Shown here piece after piece: positions 8,969-18,484 of a stretch of 64,000 bases of DNA. The translations under genes and the position numbers were made by a program. The stretch covers positions 320,001-384,000 of the forward strand of contig CAVYNY010000013.1 of the NCBI GenBank assembly GCA_963769935.1, in the 5' to 3' direction. Under the pieces are notes generated by a model. That model saw only the letters and a program-made list of their open reading frames with translations, was not told where the DNA came from and ran no database searches. The stretch comes from an uncultured delta proteobacterium (GTDB lineage: Bacteria > Desulfobacterota > Desulfobacteria > Desulfobacterales > JAFDCJ01). Within the stretch, counting starts at the first letter, position 1, and each line of letters starts with the position of its first letter.

Positions 8969-10552
8969 TTATGATTCTTTGGGATCCTTTTCCGTTCTTG
9001 ATGCGGTGGAAGCCTGGTTATTTACCTCTTTTTTTTCAGATTGTACTTCACCCAGGTACTTGGGAAGTTCGAGTCCTGAAAGTTCAGCGATATCGTGCAG
9101 CGGCGGAAGACTCTTTATCAATCCCGACAGGAAATTGGCGGTGGTGTTTCCAGCTTTATCTCCATTTCCCGAATCCCAGACTGTAATCTTGTCTATCTTA
9201 AGGTTTCTTATGGCCTCCACCTGCAGGGTGACCAATTCTTCGATTTTTTCAATCATGAGAAGCGTCGCAGCTGATTTAGCATCACCGTTGCAGCTTTTAA
9301 CAAGTTCGTTATAGCCTGATGCCTTGCTTTCCAAAACTTGCTTGATACCCCGCGCTTCCGCTTCATATCTCATAAGGATTCCATCTGCATTTCCCTTGGC
9401 TTCCCTGCGAATCTTCTCTGCTTCGGCTTCGGCGGCAATTTCCACTTTTCGTTTTTCAATTTCCTGTCTGACTACCTCTTCGGCATTGAGCCGCTGTTGC
9501 TCCGCCAGGTACTGGGCCTTCTGAATTTCAACCTCCGCATTCCGTTTAGCCACTTCCCCCAGCTTCAGGGCATTGGCCTGTTTAATGGCAAGCTCTGCCT
9601 CGGCATCGGCAATATCGGCCTTGGCCTTATTTTCGCCGCCCACGGCTTGGGCCTCTTGTTCCTGAATATAGATGCGCTTATCGGCCTCGGCTTTCTTCTT
9701 GCCTTTCTCAGCCTGGGCCAGATTCTCGGCGACCTTGATCTCTTTTTCTCTTTCTGCTTCGGTTTCGCCGATGGTCGCCATTGTTTCCTGCTGCTGTACA
9801 AAGATACGTCTGTCAGCCTCGGCCTTCTTCTTGCCCTTTTCAGCCTGGGCCAGATTCTCGGCGACCTTGATCTCCTTTTCCCGTCCGGCTTCGGCCTCAC
9901 CGATGGCCCCATGTTTTTCCTGCTCGGCAACATCAATCTTGGCCTGATTGATGGCCTCCGCCGCTGCCTTTTTGCCAATGCTTCCGATGTAATCCGATTC
10001 ATCAGTAATGTCGGTGATGTTCACGTTGATTAAGTAAAGACCGATCTTGTTGAGTTCGGGGGCCACATTTTTGCGGATGGAATCCAAAAAACTTTCACGA
10101 TCCTGATTGATCTGCTCAATTGTCAGGGATGCCACCGTGAGTCTGAGTTGCCCGAAGATAATTTCTTTGGCCATTTCCTCAATATCCTGCTGGCCAAGTT
10201 TCAGAAGCCTTTCCGCAGCGTTGTTCATGACCCCCGGCTCTGTGCTGATACCTACAGTGAACGTACTAGGGACATTGATGCGTATATTCTGCATGGAAAG
10301 AGCCTTCTGCAGCGGGATGTTGATTGTCATCGGTGTCAGATTCATATAGGCATAGTCCTGGATAAGCGGCCAGACCAGGGTACCACCCCCGTGGATACAA
10401 TTTGCGGATTGACCGGTTCCCACTCTTCCGTATATCACCAGGATCTTATCGGAGGGGCATCTTTTGTAGCGCGAAGCCAGAAAGGCAAGAGTCGAAATAA
10501 CCAGAACGACAAATGCGACAATGGGTAAAACCCAGAAACCGAGGTCTTGCAT
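8969..10552 (-). CDS. Flotillin/SPFH family protein (YqiK-like) with a duplicated 44-aa coiled-coil unit
   Basis: N-terminal TM segment, RYKRCPSDKILVIYG, an SPFH domain and an AEA-rich coiled coil. Confidence 0.9.
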   Translation of the reverse strand: MQDLGFWVLPIVAFVVLVISTLAFLASRYKRCPSDKILVIYGRVGTGQSANCIHGGGTLVWPLIQDYAYMNLTPMTINIPLQKALSMQNIRINVPSTFTVGISTEPGVMNNAAERLLKLGQQDIEEMAKEIIFGQLRLTVASLTIEQINQDRESFLDSIRKNVAPELNKIGLYLINVNITDITDESDYIGSIGKKAAAEAINQAKIDVAEQEKHGAIGEAEAGREKEIKVAENLAQAEKGKKKAEADRRIFVQQQETMATIGETEAEREKEIKVAENLAQAEKGKKKAEADKRIYIQEQEAQAVGGENKAKADIADAEAELAIKQANALKLGEVAKRNAEVEIQKAQYLAEQQRLNAEEVVRQEIEKRKVEIAAEAEAEKIRREAKGNADGILMRYEAEARGIKQVLESKASGYNELVKSCNGDAKSAATLLMIEKIEELVTLQVEAIRNLKIDKITVWDSGNGDKAGNTTANFLSGLIKSLPPLHDIAELSGLELPKYLGEVQSEKKEVNNQASTASRTEKDPKES

Positions 10553-10574
10553 AATACCTCCTTATTTTTTGTGA

Positions 10575-11156
10575 TTAGATTCTTTCAACGACCAGAACGT
10601 TGCCGTCTACCCAAATAACACGAATGGGTGTATCGGTACTTATTTCCTTTTCATCGCTTGACGCTGCCTCGTACTCACGGAGGCTGTTGTTGACACTGAC
10701 CAGCACTCGGCCCGTCCCTTTTTCCGGAATTTTCAGATAAACCCTTCCCTGGGAACCCACCGTACTGTCTATTGAAATAGTCCCACTCGATTGTAATTTC
10801 AGGATTAAAGAGAATAATTTTTTTATGATCCAGACCGAAACCAGTCCTGCGGCAACTGCACCGACGATGGAAATAAAAGTTCCCATCCTGCTCTGCCTGG
10901 ACAGCGCTAAACCGACGAGACCAAACATCATTAGAAAGGAGGTTAGTCCATGCAAGGAGAGAATCTTGAAACCAATATCCGAATCCGCATGGTGAGCGTC
11001 AAAATCATGTCCTCCTGTATCAAAGTCACCGCCGCCATCATGGCCAATCCCGACTAACTGCATAACGAGCCGGATAGAAACAAAGGCGCCTCCAATAATG
11101 GCACAAATCAGAAAAAACATCTCTAATCCATTGAATTGTGCAAATAGGGACTTCAT
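10575..11156 (-). CDS. NfeD/YqiJ-like membrane protein
   Basis: TM segments with an acidic D/H-rich loop, C-terminal OB-fold GRVYLKIPEKGTGRV; directly upstream of the flotillin gene. Confidence 0.85.
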   Translation of the reverse strand: MKSLFAQFNGLEMFFLICAIIGGAFVSIRLVMQLVGIGHDGGGDFDTGGHDFDAHHADSDIGFKILSLHGLTSFLMMFGLVGLALSRQSRMGTFISIVGAVAAGLVSVWIIKKLFSLILKLQSSGTISIDSTVGSQGRVYLKIPEKGTGRVLVSVNNSLREYEAASSDEKEISTDTPIRVIWVDGNVLVVERI

Positions 11157-12097
11157 GAAGCACTCCTTTTTCTGTAAACATCTGTACTAAGGTATTTTAA
11201 ACCGGAATCCACCATCAGCGTAACGATTTTAGCATCCGGATCGAATCGCTCTGCTACCCGAATTGCTGCCACGACATTTGCCCCTGATGAAGTGCCCGCA
11301 AAAAGGCCTTCCTCAAGGGCCAGACGCCTGGTCATGGCCTTCGCGTCCTCCGTCTTAACCGCAATTATTTCATCCACCAGACCGGGATCCCATAGCGGCG
11401 GAGTATAGCCAATCCCGACCCCCTCGATTTTATGGGGTCCGGGTTGACCGCCGGACAATACTGGGGACTCGGCCGGCTCGACCACTATCACCTTAATCTT
11501 GGGGCTGCGACGCCTTAACCCGGTCGCTACACCTCGCGACGAAGCCGCAGTCCCAACACAGTGAACAAATGCATCGATTGCTCCGTCCGTTTGGTTCCAG
11601 ATTTCCTCAGCCAACGGATAGTAGCCCGCAATGCTGTCGAGATTGTTGAGCTGGTCGGTCCAGTATGTGTGAGGTCTTTGACTAAATTCCCTGGCAGCTT
11701 CAATCATATCTAGAATCAACTTTTTTGAAGTGAGGCCGCCCTCGCTCGGTATCAATGTGAGCTCGGCACCAAAAGCCGCCATCTGATTCAGCTTATCCTG
11801 ACTAAAGGCGTCGGAAGTAATGATGTGAAGGCGGTACCCCTTGGCAACACAAATCAGCGCCAGTGATATGCCTGTGCTGCCTCCCGTGTACTCAACAATG
11901 ACATCCCCGGGCCTTAAGCGGCCTTCTTCCTCAGCCCTTGAAACCATAGCCTGTGCCATGCGATCTTTCATGCTGCCGGTCGGATTTTCCCATTCGAGTT
12001 TCGCAAAAACCTGTGCACATCCGGGAGGAACGACATTGCACAGCTGAACTATCGACGTATTTCCAATCGCCCGCAGAATGCTGCGATCAATACTCAT
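11153..12097 (-). CDS. cysK: Cysteine synthase family PLP enzyme
   Basis: KLEWENPTGSMKDR, TGGSTG, HKIEGVG and GTSSGAN motifs; RBS before ATG 12097. Confidence 0.8.
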   Translation of the reverse strand: MSIDRSILRAIGNTSIVQLCNVVPPGCAQVFAKLEWENPTGSMKDRMAQAMVSRAEEEGRLRPGDVIVEYTGGSTGISLALICVAKGYRLHIITSDAFSQDKLNQMAAFGAELTLIPSEGGLTSKKLILDMIEAAREFSQRPHTYWTDQLNNLDSIAGYYPLAEEIWNQTDGAIDAFVHCVGTAASSRGVATGLRRRSPKIKVIVVEPAESPVLSGGQPGPHKIEGVGIGYTPPLWDPGLVDEIIAVKTEDAKAMTRRLALEEGLFAGTSSGANVVAAIRVAERFDPDAKIVTLMVDSGLKYLSTDVYRKRSAS

Positions 12098-12165
12098 GCT
12101 GTCCTTCTCCTTTGCGGTTGAATCCATCTTTTTTTGTAACATCTATCTTGGCACTTAGAGATATA

Positions 12166-12861
12166 ACGTTGCTGACCTGGCTGCTTTATTAACCCGCCCG
12201 TTTTATGGTTTTTGATATGGCCGATGTCGAAACACCTACCCGCCTGGCAACTTCGGCCAACGCAACCCCATGCCCCTTTACCAGTTCAATCGCTATCCGG
12301 CTTCGAACCCCGCTTACCTCCTTGCGGCGGCTGCCCCCCTTTAATTCGTCAAGGGATACTTTTCCATTTTTACATATTTTAGTTATATATTCATTAATTT
12401 TCTGATGACTCCGGCTGACCGGCAATTGAAATTTAATTTTGGCTTCAGCTTCTTTGATGATCCGCTCGACGAATTCACCACGGCCTAATATCCGATCATC
12501 ACTCAATTCACGTTCCCCCGAGCGGCGGTGACGGCGATTATACGAGACAGCATAACCGGTCAGCAGTCGACGCATGAAATCGGAAAGACCCCTTTCAGAG
12601 CTGCGCAAAAGGATGTGCGCATGATTGGTCATAATGGTCCAGGCATAAATGCCGGTTTTAGCATCGACGGCAAGCTTTCCGAGACGCTTTACGAAATTTT
12701 TACGGTCGGCAACATCGTTGACAATCCGCCGTCCTTCGATTCCTCGCACAATCACATGATGCAGGGTCCCCGGGACATCCAATCGAGCTCGTCGCGGCAT
12801 CGCATCCCTCCTCCATGGCGTTTTCTCAATTCACATAGCACAATTAGTCAACAACGTCCCC
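12166..12861 (-). mobile_element. Internally deleted RAYT-like (HUH/Y1) transposase element with short inverted ends; ORF at 12189-12800
   Basis: MPRRARLDVPGTLHHVIVRG and MTNHAHIL (HUH) are present; YNRRHRR joins to SGERELSDDRILG and a C-terminal HTH; the central catalytic Tyr region is absent; ACGTTGCTGAC (12166) and GTCAACAACGT (12847) form an inverted repeat. Confidence 0.8.
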
Positions 12862-13213
12862 TATTTTCCCCCAGAACTTCACGCAAAAGCACCATCAAGC
12901 TCAAGGTTTTGTTGCTGGTTCATCTTTCTTACATTTCCGGTATCCTTTCCCGCAGGCAGTCTTTTATACTCCTGGTGGAGGCTGAGGAATCCGGCCGCAA
13001 GGGATGGCTTCGCGAGAGGGCCGGTCAAGCGGATTTCAGATGGGCGGTCGGAGTGGAAGCTTCGTCCCGTAAGTTTTGGGTGGTGTCTTAGGGCTATTGA
13101 CGGAAATGGTAACGACCTGAGTAGCCGGCAGAATTTGGAGCGCAGCGAAAAACCGGTCTGAACCGGCGCATTTGTCGGTGGATGAATGACCATGCGGCTA
13201 TCTGCAGGGTCAT

Positions 13214-14764
13214 TTATTTTGAATCTATTTTCTCTATTTCATTAACTGCGTCATAATAGTCGGAGTAGAAAGGGGACTCGAACTGGCACTCAGGATTGTC
13301 AGTCAGCTCTTTCGCCAGGACATCCAGGTAGTATTTCAATTGCTCGCCATAGGCATGATAGTCCATCTCCGCCGATAACTTCGCTTTTTCCCGCCTTTGA
13401 CTATCGTTGGTAATCATAAACAGGGCGTCACAGAAATACTTTTTAACCAGCATGTTGCTTTGGGCATCCATCTGGTGAGTTTGCTCATGTATATCCAGCC
13501 CGTTGAGATACCACTCGCACAGCGGTCGAGGAGTGCAGTCATTGCAGAACTCGGGCAGGATGATTTCACCGCTTTGAAAGTCATAGCCTCCGCTTTCCTC
13601 CTTATATTTTTTCCGCCAGTCCTTATCCGGGTACATTCTGGTCATCTCGCGAATAACCAGTTCCATGAGATCATCTTCATCTTTCGCGCGGTCGGCCATT
13701 GCTTTAAAGGTATTTCTCAACCTGATAAGAGCCTTCATGTCGGCCAGCAGGGATTCCATCTGTTTGCATCTGTCCTTTTCAGCATAGCTTCTTGGATCGC
13801 AAAGGCTCATTCTCAATTCAATTGCTGAACCAATATCGCAGCGCGGGGAACCGCTGGACTTGCGCCCTACGTCTTTCGAAGCATAAAATTCGTCGATCTT
13901 CTGCAGATCCCTCTCAAAGTAGGGTTTGGGTATTTCAAATTTGGTTCCATAGCAGCCGAGGGCCCTTCCTGCACGATTATCCGCTGACCTGAAATAAATG
14001 CTCGGCGATTCGACTTCGATGCTCATGTCGTTCCCTTCCGAGCTTCCCTTAATAACCCAAGCATGGATATTAGGATAAGCATCCTCATCGTTGGCATCAT
14101 AGCCGGTATATTCTTCCCACCCTGTGCAGTCCCTCGGTATATACGAAGTGAAGGCCACACACTGTTTGCCGGTCTCAATTATCTTTCCAATGCCTGTGGA
14201 TAGGGAGTGAATGGCATAATCTTTCTGATCCATAAACCGTCCTGTTTTGGGATCATAGTACTCGGTGACAATCAGATATCCGACAAACTTCTCTTCGACC
14301 TTGTAATTCAAGTCAACCCACGCCCAGCCCCGCTCCGACAACTCTGAATCTTTGCCGCTGACAACGATGCTCCCGCTGGACCTCGAAGCATAAGAAAGGG
14401 GAACGAGCGGTTTTGTTTCATCTCTCAGCTGGTGAATCGATTTGGCGGCCTCACGGTAGTTGCGGTTGATTGCTTCAATCCTATGGTCGACTTCTTCTTC
14501 AGGGGTCTTGCTTGGAATCTCAGGCAAGCCGAGGCCCACCTTCGGAAGCTGGCTGAGCATTTGAGTCGTAAGTTCCGTCAACTCTTGCTGGATCTCGGCC
14601 AATTCGGCTGGATCGCTGGTCTCTCCAGCTTTCCTGGCCAGTTCCTCCATCTTCTTCTGCATGGCCTCAAAATCATCTTCACCTGAGGCGAAAGAAGCGC
14701 CGGTGAGACAAAATAGCAGCGCAAGAAAAACCAGGAATAGGTGAGGGAAATTTGATGCCTTCAT
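13214..14764 (-). CDS. Secreted Cys-rich hypothetical protein with a C-terminal HExxH motif
   Basis: Signal peptide ending ASFA, N-terminal coiled coil, LDIHEQTHQMD followed by AEMDYHAY. Confidence 0.7.
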   Translation of the reverse strand: MKASNFPHLFLVFLALLFCLTGASFASGEDDFEAMQKKMEELARKAGETSDPAELAEIQQELTELTTQMLSQLPKVGLGLPEIPSKTPEEEVDHRIEAINRNYREAAKSIHQLRDETKPLVPLSYASRSSGSIVVSGKDSELSERGWAWVDLNYKVEEKFVGYLIVTEYYDPKTGRFMDQKDYAIHSLSTGIGKIIETGKQCVAFTSYIPRDCTGWEEYTGYDANDEDAYPNIHAWVIKGSSEGNDMSIEVESPSIYFRSADNRAGRALGCYGTKFEIPKPYFERDLQKIDEFYASKDVGRKSSGSPRCDIGSAIELRMSLCDPRSYAEKDRCKQMESLLADMKALIRLRNTFKAMADRAKDEDDLMELVIREMTRMYPDKDWRKKYKEESGGYDFQSGEIILPEFCNDCTPRPLCEWYLNGLDIHEQTHQMDAQSNMLVKKYFCDALFMITNDSQRREKAKLSAEMDYHAYGEQLKYYLDVLAKELTDNPECQFESPFYSDYYDAVNEIEKIDSK

Positions 14765-14843
14765 CCTATGAGCAAAACCTTTGCTGCATGAATGTCCGTC
14801 TCAAAGATAGAATTCTCCGGGAGCCTGTCCGGCAACCTAAGAT

Positions 14844-14881
14844 CCCTCGCTCCCGCGGGGGGAAACGGCTGGGTGAGGGGG
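14844..14881. repeat. Degenerate CCCTCTCCC/GGGTGAGGGG-type palindromic repeat
   Basis: ccctcgctcccgcggggggaaacggctgggtgaggggg. Confidence 0.45.
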
Positions 14882-14927
14882 CGTATGTGATGTGATCGTT
14901 GTGATGCGAACTCTTTTCGTGTAAAAA

Positions 14928-14956
14928 AATATAGGCTACTGATCGCTGTGTGTCAA
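14928..14956 (-). promoter_or_regulatory. sigma70 promoter for the HExxH protein gene
   Basis: TTGACA (14956-14951), 17 nt spacer, TATATT (14933-14928). Confidence 0.6.
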
Positions 14957-15005
14957 GGACGAATTCAGCCACGGTATTGTGGGGCGCTCGTTTTCGATCC
15001 CTTGC

Positions 15006-15090
15006 CTATCTTCGATCCATAATTGCCAGGCGAAGTCCCAAGACAATTAGCACTCCTCCGGTGAACCAACGAATTTTGTCTGCAAAATCA
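15006..15090 (-). pseudogene. C-terminal remnant of a LysE/RhtB translocator
   Basis: Manual translation FADKIRWFTGGVLIVLGLRLAIMDRR*, typical of the last LysE TM helix. Confidence 0.6.
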
Positions 15091-15398
15091 AGTGAATCTT
15101 GATCTTCCTGCGAATGCAGCACCGCACTTCAGTCTTCGCACAATCAGCAAGTCGTTTCATGAATATGCGGGTTCTGTATCCTGAGGCCGATGGGACCATC
15201 GCCGGGGCGAACCTCAGCTCATTGAGACACGACGTTTGAAATCGTTGCATTCGTTTTTCGTCAGCTCATTGATCTGCCGGAGAAGGCAATTCCTGCGTAA
15301 GTTGCCGGGCAAGCCAGCCAGAAACTATAAAAAATTTTTATAATTTTTTTTATTAATACTGATAATTTCATACCTTTTTTAAAAAGTCATAAATAAAG

Positions 15399-15459
15399 TA
15401 ACGGCTTGATAATATAAAACATATGATATAGTTTTTGCTTATGGGGTATGTTTTTTGCA
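15399..15459 (+). promoter_or_regulatory. IHF site plus sigma54 -24/-12 promoter with no downstream gene
   Basis: TAACGGCTTGATA (reverse complement fits WATCAANNNNTTR) at 15399-15411; GGTATG-TTTT-TTGC with GG-N10-GC spacing at 15445-15458. Confidence 0.5.
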
Positions 15460-15675
15460 TTCAGATTTATAGCGGCAAAGAAATTTCTCATTTACATGCG
15501 GAACGGGTATAGCGGATCTCACGGAAAATGCAAAAAACAAATTTAAAGACAAGCAAACCTGCCGAAATCGAGTTGAATCCACCCCAACTTCACCGGGTTC
15601 CTGGGAACAGATAATTTAACATGAGCCTGCACGCGAGAACAGCCAATTCTTTGCGTTATAATCCACGAATAGTGG

Positions 15676-15722
15676 AATGTTTCAGGACTCCGGCGGGCAT
15701 CCAATCGAGCTCGACGCGGCAT
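15676..15722 (-). pseudogene. Second RAYT-like transposase 5' stub
   Basis: ATGCCGCGTCGAGCTCGATTGGATG is nearly identical to the start of the ORF at 12800 (MPRRARLD), with RBS AGGAAGGA; it degenerates immediately. Confidence 0.65.
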
Positions 15723-15779
15723 TGTATCCTTCCTGCTACGGAGCGAATGCGGCTGCCTCACGTCGCCTCAAGCGGGCTC

Positions 15780-16013
15780 AGACGGCGGGAGCGGCCACCG
15801 GGCTTTCTGCATATTCTCCGATCCGGATCATGCGGAACCGAAAGTCGGCGTCGTATTTTTAAGGTTAGAGCGATGACGAGGAGGAGCAGTCCCCGACCGT
15901 ACCAGCGGTCCTCGGAGAACCAGTAAGGCTTGATCAGCGCCCACAACCTGGTCAGATAGCCGAGTTGTCGCAAGGCATACTGAAGGGACGGGACATCCGT
16001 ACGCACTTTTCAT
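15780..16013 (-). pseudogene. Collapsed YddA/BacA-like (ABCD-type) fused ABC transporter
   Basis: LWALIKPYWFSEDRWYGRGLLLLVIALTL (N-terminus) abuts, in another frame, KYDADFRFRMIRIGEYAES (the internal EADFR..ENAE motif); the rest is missing. Confidence 0.7.
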
Positions 16014-16080
16014 GGAATTCACCCCTGATTTCGAATTGCGCAAGATGGCGAGAGTTGAATGGCTCGAATTCTGAGCCCTG

Positions 16081-16659
16081 TCATTGCTCCACCTTTTTTT
16101 TCAGAATCTCCAGCATCTGCTCGGGCGTACTCCTTTCCAGGATGGCCCTGAACTGACTGCGATAATTCAGGACAAGACTCACATGTTCGACGACAACGTC
16201 ATATGCTTTCCAGATGCCGTCGACGCGGATCATCTCGTAGTTGATGGGGGTTTCAGCCGAAGGGGTGATGATTTTCGTCAGAACCTCGGCTCTCGTGTTC
16301 GAAAACACGATTTGCCGGATATAAACAATTTTCTGGTTGTTATAAGCAAGGACTTTGTCCATATAATCGCGTTCCAGCAGGCGTCCATAGAGACGAATGA
16401 ATTCCTGCTGCTGGGTGGGATTCAATTCCCTCCAGCTCGCTCCCAGGCTCTGCCGGGCGAGTTCTTCGGTATCGAACATCTGCTGATAGTAGTACCGGAG
16501 CTTCTCTCTTTTGGCATCGGTGCCGAGATTTTGATCGCGCACCACAGCCAGAACCCGGCCAACGTCGGTCTTAACCGTGGCGAGCGGATCCGCTGCGTAA
16601 ACGCAAAACGTGGTAAAAATAACCACCGGAATAATCAAACCCGAATAATATTTTATCAT
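16081..16659 (-). CDS. mlaC: MlaC/Ttg2D-family lipid-binding periplasmic protein
   Basis: Signal peptide; LARQSLG..W, EF..L and WKAYDVVVEHVSLVLNYRSQF motifs. Confidence 0.85.
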   Translation of the reverse strand: MIKYYSGLIIPVVIFTTFCVYAADPLATVKTDVGRVLAVVRDQNLGTDAKREKLRYYYQQMFDTEELARQSLGASWRELNPTQQQEFIRLYGRLLERDYMDKVLAYNNQKIVYIRQIVFSNTRAEVLTKIITPSAETPINYEMIRVDGIWKAYDVVVEHVSLVLNYRSQFRAILERSTPEQMLEILKKKVEQ

Positions 16660-16796
16660 ATCTCATCTTTCTGATCGGGCTGCGCGGCAACTTTCCCCGA
16701 TCGATCATCTCGGTTGATCGCGTCGATCAACACGGGTGCGGCCAATTTAAAAAAGGCCGCACCGGATTGTACCGTTGACATCCTCAAAAACGCCAT
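16656..16796 (-). pseudogene. 46-aa ORF, probably the start-end fusion remnant of a deleted gene
   Basis: Starts 21 nt after the fadL stop, and its TGA overlaps the mlaC ATG (ATGA), i.e. operon-style coupling; no recognisable domain. Confidence 0.35.
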
Positions 16797-16817
16797 GGTG
16801 TCTATTTCAAACCTTGG

Positions 16818-17447
16818 TCAAAACCGGCAGCTCAACTGGCCGCTGATGATATTGACGCTGGCGTCGTAATCTCCCTTGAGGGCGCCGCAGGTGTAATCTT
16901 CGGATTCCAGCCCGGATTTGTTGATCTTGGAATCATTCACAAAAAAGTGGGCGTGCGCCAGATCTAAACCGAAGTTCCTGGAGAAACTCCAAGTCAGACC
17001 TAGGCTGGTCCAAAACCGGTTGGCATCCGGAATGCGCGGGGTTCGGAGCCTCGAGTTGGGGACCGGCGTGAATACGGGGTGTGATTTCCTGGCAGTATAG
17101 AAATTGGGCCCAACGCCCGCTTTGCCGGCGTCGCCGCCGTCGCCACCGGTCAGAGGTGCACCGCCGGGCAGCGGCGAGGTCGTGGATCCCCGGTTGTCGA
17201 ATTTGGCTGAGGGAATCACGACGTTTGCGCCCAGTTCGAACTGGCTGCCGGGCAGTTGCGTGATGCCGGCAGGGTTGTAAAAAATTGTGCCGGCATCTTC
17301 CGCCGAAGACTCCGCCCCGGCATAGGCGTTGCCGAGGCTTTTGACGCTTTGCTCATACAAAAAAAAGCCGCCTCCCACCGCAGGACCGGCATTCAGCCAA
17401 ACCAGGCCCAGCAGCACCCCCACCCATACGCATACGGATCGTTTCAT
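16818..17447 (-). pseudogene. fadL: FadL/OmpP1 outer-membrane transporter with an in-frame central deletion
   Basis: GFFLYEQS..SLGNAYAG and FYNPAG hatch region; after PNFY it jumps to TPVP..RTPRIPDANRFW; terminal Phe; about 209 aa versus over 400 normally. Confidence 0.8.
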
Positions 17448-18178
17448 GTTTACCTCCCCCGAAAGTAAAGATAAAAGATAAGAAGCTGCCCTTTTAAAGC
17501 GGATGGATCGAACGATATATTTTCGGCCTGAAATTACTTTTTTACAGTCACTTGGATGGATTGAATGCCTCGGGCGCCATCGGGAAAGGTTCTGCCGAAC
17601 ACCCCGGCCCAGAAGCGAAGCCGATTCCTGCACCTTTCCGGAACGGTCGTAGGCGCGCACCCGAATTGAAAAATCCCCTTACCGAGTTGGTGTCCAGTCG
17701 TATCGCCACAACGTCCAGGCCCATCTGGAGAGGGACTTTTTGAAGCCATTTTTTATTTGGCGAACTAATAGACTTAATTTTGGCAGCCGTAAATAGGGTG
17801 CATGCTGTATTTTGCGGCTGATGAGGATGTATTTGGGGGGGGGCGTAGCAGAGCTTTCCGTGGGGCGTCAGCTTTCCGGATTTCATCGACAGTGTTGTGC
17901 CAATGGTTCCGTTCGCCGGAAGTTCGGTCTGGACGGCTGGAGAAATATAGGATGTCCCCTATTTCATATGGCTTTGTGCGAACTTTGAATTGAGAAATAG
18001 AAAATACTCTGCTTCACTTAAGCTGGGAGAAGTAATCTAATTCATTAATTTTGAATTAGTTAACCTGGTCCGACAAGCATTCACTACTTAACAAAACTCA
18101 GATAGACACGGCGACTCTTAATCGCTATCAATATTTGAAACCCGACTTCCCATGGCAAAATTAGTCAGCTCAGTACTT

Positions 18179-18466
18179 TCAGACTTTGGATAGGGCGGCA
18201 ACCAACTCGCTCGTCGTGAGGATCGCATGAGCGAAGGTCGGACCATTGATCTCATGGGCTGAATGCATCGCCTCTCGGCTGAAGGCTGCCGTCGCATCCA
18301 TCACGAGGGTAACGTGGCAGCCGAGTTCCATGCCGAAACGGCCGGTCGATTCGATGCCGGTATTCGCTACCATGCCAATGATTATGATCTTTTCGATCCC
18401 ATGCTCTTTCAGCTGGTGGTCGAAATCTGTGTCCGCAAAACCGCTCTGCCCCCAGTGCTCTTTAAT
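18179..18466 (-). pseudogene. 5'-truncated isochorismatase/cysteine hydrolase
   Basis: KEHWGQSGFADTDFDHQLKEHGIEKIIIIGMVANTGIESTGR; the N-terminal half is missing and the catalytic Cys position reads Gly. Confidence 0.75.
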
Positions 18467-18484
18467 ATTGGTGTCAATAACAAT

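Noticed and set aside
12862..13210. Possible IS end or gene remnant between the RAYT and the HExxH gene
   Set aside because: No recognisable protein motif in the frames examined and no matching partner inverted repeat found.
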